Below, one piece after another: positions 44,243 through 46,694 of a stretch of DNA of 46,694 bases; position 1 is the stretch's first letter, and each line of letters begins with the position of its first letter. The stretch covers positions 1 through 46,694 of the forward strand of contig CAYWLU010000003.1 in assembly GCA_964459435.1 (NCBI GenBank), written 5' to 3'. Both the position numbers and the translations under genes were made by a program. The stretch comes from an uncultured Candidatus Peribacteria bacterium. GTDB taxonomy: Bacteria > Patescibacteriota > Gracilibacteria > UBA4473. Under the pieces are notes generated by a model that saw nothing but the letters and a program-made list of their open reading frames with translations, had not been told where the DNA came from and searched no databases.

Positions 44243-44440
44243 TGTAGAATGTAGAATGATGAATGGAGAATAAATAATCTTCAATTATCAATCTTCAATT
44301 TTCAATAAATCGAATATTATATTATAATGTAATAGAGCTTAGGGTTTAGAACTTAGAACTTAGAAAATAACAAAATACAAATTTAAAAAATTAAGATATT
44401 ATTTACAAAATTAAAAATTAAAAATTAAAAATTTTCAACA
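44243..44440. repeat. mosaic intergenic element: 28 heptads in a single register, with an embedded AT palindrome
   Basis: 44243-44438 parses as TGTAGAA TGTAGAA TGATGAA TGGAGAA TAAATAA TCTTCAA TTATCAA TCTTCAA TTTTCAA ... TTAAAAA x3 TTTTCAA. Palindrome TTATATTATAATGTAA at 44317-44332. Confidence 0.7.
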
Positions 44441-44881
44441 ATGAAACGAGTTTCCTTTGTGATTATCTTTCTTTTGCTGATTGATCAGATTAGCAAGATT
44501 ATGGCTCGCATGTTTTTTACGGTAGATAGTGAGACACTGGCACCTTTTGAGTTCCAATTTACAGAAAACACAGGAATTGCCTTCTCTATTCCTTTTCCTC
44601 CTTTCTTGTTGATTATAATTACTTTGGTGATTTTAGGGTTTTTGAGTTGGGCGATGATTAAAGAGTCTTTGCTGGAGTGGGAAGAAGTAGGGGTTGTATT
44701 TATTTTTTCTGGAGCTTTGGGTAATTTAATAGATCGAATTTTTTATGGTTCGGTTACTGACTTTATAAAAATATTTGGTTTTCCGATTTTTAATTTTGCT
44801 GATATTTGGATTACCGCTGGAATTGTGATTTTTTTGTGGTATGAATTGATAGTTAAAAAGTTTAAAAGTCAAAAAGCTTAA
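44441..44881 (+). CDS. lspA: lipoprotein signal peptidase II
   Basis: GALGNLIDRI and FNFADIWIT blocks; 4 TM helices. Confidence 0.88.
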   Translation: MKRVSFVIIFLLLIDQISKIMARMFFTVDSETLAPFEFQFTENTGIAFSIPFPPFLLIIITLVILGFLSWAMIKESLLEWEEVGVVFIFSGALGNLIDRIFYGSVTDFIKIFGFPIFNFADIWITAGIVIFLWYELIVKKFKSQKA

Positions 44882-44917
44882 AAGCTAATGACTAATAACT
44901 GATAGCTAAAAACTTTC

Positions 44918-45289
44918 TTATTTTTTAGTAGTAGCTTTCCTTGGGGCGACTTTCTTAGTTTCTTTTTTAGCTGGTTTAGCTTCTTTTTTGGCAGATAGTT
45001 TAGTAATAGTTGCTTTTACTTTAGCTATTCCGCTTTTAGCGATTAATTTAGAAAGATTAGATTTCTTTCTAGCGCCAGTATTAGCATGAATAAGGTTCTT
45101 TTTTACAGCAAGATCAATAGCTTTTTGAACTTGAGGAAAGAGCTTTGCTGCTTCTTCTATTTTTTTCTCTTTCACCAAAGTCAAAAATTCTTTTGTTAAG
45201 CTTTTGAACTTATTTTTAGAAAGAAGATTTTGTTGTGTTTGACGTTTAGTCTTACGAACTCTTTTGATAGCGGATTTAATAAGGGGCAT
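44918..45289 (-). CDS. rpsT: 30S ribosomal protein S20 with a Lys/Ala-rich C-terminal extension
   Basis: MPLIKSAIKRVRKTKRQT..; about 35 extra basic residues at the C-terminus. Confidence 0.85.
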   Translation of the reverse strand: MPLIKSAIKRVRKTKRQTQQNLLSKNKFKSLTKEFLTLVKEKKIEEAAKLFPQVQKAIDLAVKKNLIHANTGARKKSNLSKLIAKSGIAKVKATITKLSAKKEAKPAKKETKKVAPRKATTKK

Positions 45290-45352
45290 GTTTGAATTGA
45301 AGAATGGAAATTATTCGTGCAAAATTTACGGATTTTAATAAGGAAGTCAAGT

Positions 45353-45381
45353 TTGACTTTTTAAAAAGCAATCTGTAAAAC
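45353..45381 (+). promoter_or_regulatory. candidate promoter of tRNA-Val (TTGACT-N17-TAAAAC)
   Basis: TTGACT at 45353-45358, TAAAAC at 45376-45381, 14 nt before the tRNA. Confidence 0.4.
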
Positions 45382-45395
45382 AGACCCGCTTTTTA

Positions 45396-45472
45396 GGGCG
45401 GTTAGCTCAGCTGGCTAGAGCGCCTGCTTGACTTGCAGGAGGCCACAGGTTCGAGTCCTGTACCGCCCACCA
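45396..45472 (+). tRNA. tRNA-Val (anticodon GAC), CCA encoded, T at position 37
   Basis: Acceptor GGGCGGT/ACCGCCC, anticodon stem CCTGC/GCAGG with loop TTGACTT, T arm ACAGG-TTCGAGT-CCTGT, discriminator A, CCA. Confidence 0.85.
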
Positions 45473-45640
45473 TCGTCGCTGGATGACTTCATTAACTTCG
45501 TCCGCCAATGGCGGACTTGTTTTATTTCGTGATCGCTCCTCTCACTCACATGGAGGCTTTCGGATTCCTTAGTCGGAGCATGTATGTATCACATGCTCTG
45601 AAACGTTTCGAACCAGGTTAATATAAGTCTCCGACATGAG
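45473..45640. repeat. GC-rich tRNA-flanking repeat, copy C
   Basis: TCGTCGCTGGATGACTTC at 45473-45490, hairpin GTCCGCC-AAT-GGCGGAC at 45500-45516, block TTCGTGATCGCTCCTCTCACTCACATGGA at 45526-45554, hairpin GAGCATGT..ACATGCTC at 45576-45598. Confidence 0.6.
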
Positions 45641-45760
45641 TTCACATATAGTAGAAGTTTGTATAACGTTCAATATTTGATATAATAAAAGTGAGTAATT
45701 TGGATAAAAACTAGTTAGGGGAAAGAGTGATTTTTTTATTTAATAACCAATAAAATTATT

Positions 45761-46002
45761 ATGAAACAATTTTGGAAATTATTTTGGGACATATCTGCTG
45801 TCATTGTCGGCTTGTATCTTGGATATAAAGTATTTATTTGGGTGAACATATTCCGGCTTTTGGGTATTTCCCAATAGGGTTAATAGTTGGACTTTTGGTA
45901 TTAGGGATCGGAGCATATGCTGTTCACGGATTAGAATTGTTTTTTAGTTGGATTCTTTTCAAATTGTTCAAAATTAGAACACAAGATGATTTGCCATTTT
46001 AA
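45761..46002 (+). pseudogene. small hydrophobic protein gene, either frameshifted or two overlapping mini-ORFs (45761-45877 and 45838-46002)
   Basis: Two hydrophobic reading frames overlap by 40 nt; together they would give an ~80-aa two-TM protein. Confidence 0.3.
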
Positions 46003-46073
46003 TAAGTAAAAAATTACTTCATTATATAACATAGAATATATAACTATACTATAAATATTATAAAAATGAAATT

Positions 46074-46568
46074 ATGAAATATAATGAATTATCAAAAATA
46101 ATCCTTCAGGAGCTAAAAACAAAACTAGAAAATCATAAAGGCTTATCTGTTTTTGCAAAACATAGGGCAAAATTTGAAGGGTGGTTAAAAGTAGAAGTTT
46201 GTGAAATTTTAACTAAGTATTTTAATAACGTTATACCTGAAGATAGACGCATTGATATTACTTTTGATGATTGGGCAATAGAATTAAAGACCTTGAATAC
46301 AAATATAAGATATAAAAATGTAATAAATAAACAGAGACCAATTACAGAAAATACTAAAGGTGTAATAAAGGATATAAAACAACTTAGAAAAAAAGATTTT
46401 ACAAATAAAGCTGTTTTATTTATTACATTTCCTATTGAACGCGAGAATGCAAATTGGCAAATTCAACTGAAAAGAATTACAAGTGAATTATCAGAAGATA
46501 TCAAATTTTGCCAATTTAATTTTGATAATAATATTGCAACTGGCGTTATATATTTTGGATTAGTGTAA
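46074..46568 (+). CDS. hypothetical protein, possible PD-(D/E)XK nuclease fold
   Basis: RIDITFDDWAIELK gives a D..(D/E)xK-like spacing. Very AT-rich; no other support. Confidence 0.35.
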   Translation: MKYNELSKIILQELKTKLENHKGLSVFAKHRAKFEGWLKVEVCEILTKYFNNVIPEDRRIDITFDDWAIELKTLNTNIRYKNVINKQRPITENTKGVIKDIKQLRKKDFTNKAVLFITFPIERENANWQIQLKRITSELSEDIKFCQFNFDNNIATGVIYFGLV

Positions 46569-46640
46569 TTTGTATTTTTGTAATATTTTTCGCTTCGTTC
46601 TAAATTTTCTTTTACTGTAGTTCTAAGTAAACTAATAACT

Positions 46641-46694
46641 ATGATTCCACCAAAATTAAAGCAAGACGATGAAATTAGAATTATTGCTCCTGCA
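46641..46694 (+). CDS. 5' fragment of an LD-carboxypeptidase-like gene (runs off the window)
   Basis: MIPPKLKQDDEIRIIAPA resembles the L-x-GD-x-I-x-IIAPS N-terminus of LdcA/MccF-family proteins. Confidence 0.35.
   Translation, partial: MIPPKLKQDDEIRIIAPA

Noticed and set aside
44243-44440. Possible CRISPR array, because of the many short tandem repeats in intergenic regions
   Set aside because: Repeat units are 7-8 bp, degenerate and contiguous, with no 25-40-bp repeats separated by unique spacers. No cas genes are in the window.
1-46694. Alternative genetic code (UGA or UAG reassignment, as in some candidate phyla)
   Set aside because: All conserved genes are full length in the standard code, and TAA, TAG and TGA all terminate recognisable genes at expected positions. 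The single in-frame TAG in argH is treated as a local event.

Overview
Low-GC, gene-dense bacterial chromosome segment that reads cleanly in the standard genetic code. It holds about 40 protein genes, one tmRNA and three tRNAs. Most genes are housekeeping: rpoB, dnaN, mfd, dnaA, purA, murA, a class-B PBP, lgt, lspA, rel, tkt, dgt, nusB, rnc, and ribosomal proteins L27, L31, L32 and S20. Small proteins, isolated ribosomal-protein genes and broken-up conserved pairs (rpoB without rpoC, dnaA not beside dnaN) suggest a reduced genome. It has a CPR/Patescibacteria-like flavour, but that cannot be proven without searches. Accessory content includes an arginine/guanidino-group gene set: OCD, ArgH with an in-frame TAG, a CodA-like amidohydrolase and a DDAH/amidinotransferase-fold enzyme. 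It also includes an ECF sigma/anti-sigma module, hicBA and an LPXTG surface protein. A ThiH/HydG-type radical SAM enzyme is fused to a ~370-aa unknown N-terminal region and preceded by a promoter / 40-codon ORF / terminator unit. The most unusual signals are non-coding. (1) Every tRNA/tmRNA gene is flanked by GC-rich repeat modules. Two of these are ~165-nt mini-elements, one after tRNA-Gly and one after ssrA; each ends in an exact copy of its host gene 3' end. Both share a ~76-nt conserved block with a covarying hairpin, inserted in a T-loop copy. (2) A 16-bp AT palindrome, TTATATTATAATATAA, occurs 9 times in intergenic spacers, embedded in mosaic elements built from 7-bp-periodic degenerate repeats. 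(3) A 22-bp direct repeat brackets one small membrane-protein gene, and a near-identical 19-mer sits inside two unrelated CDSs. All coordinates and alignments were done by hand; no database search or folding program was available, so functional calls rest on recognisable motifs only.
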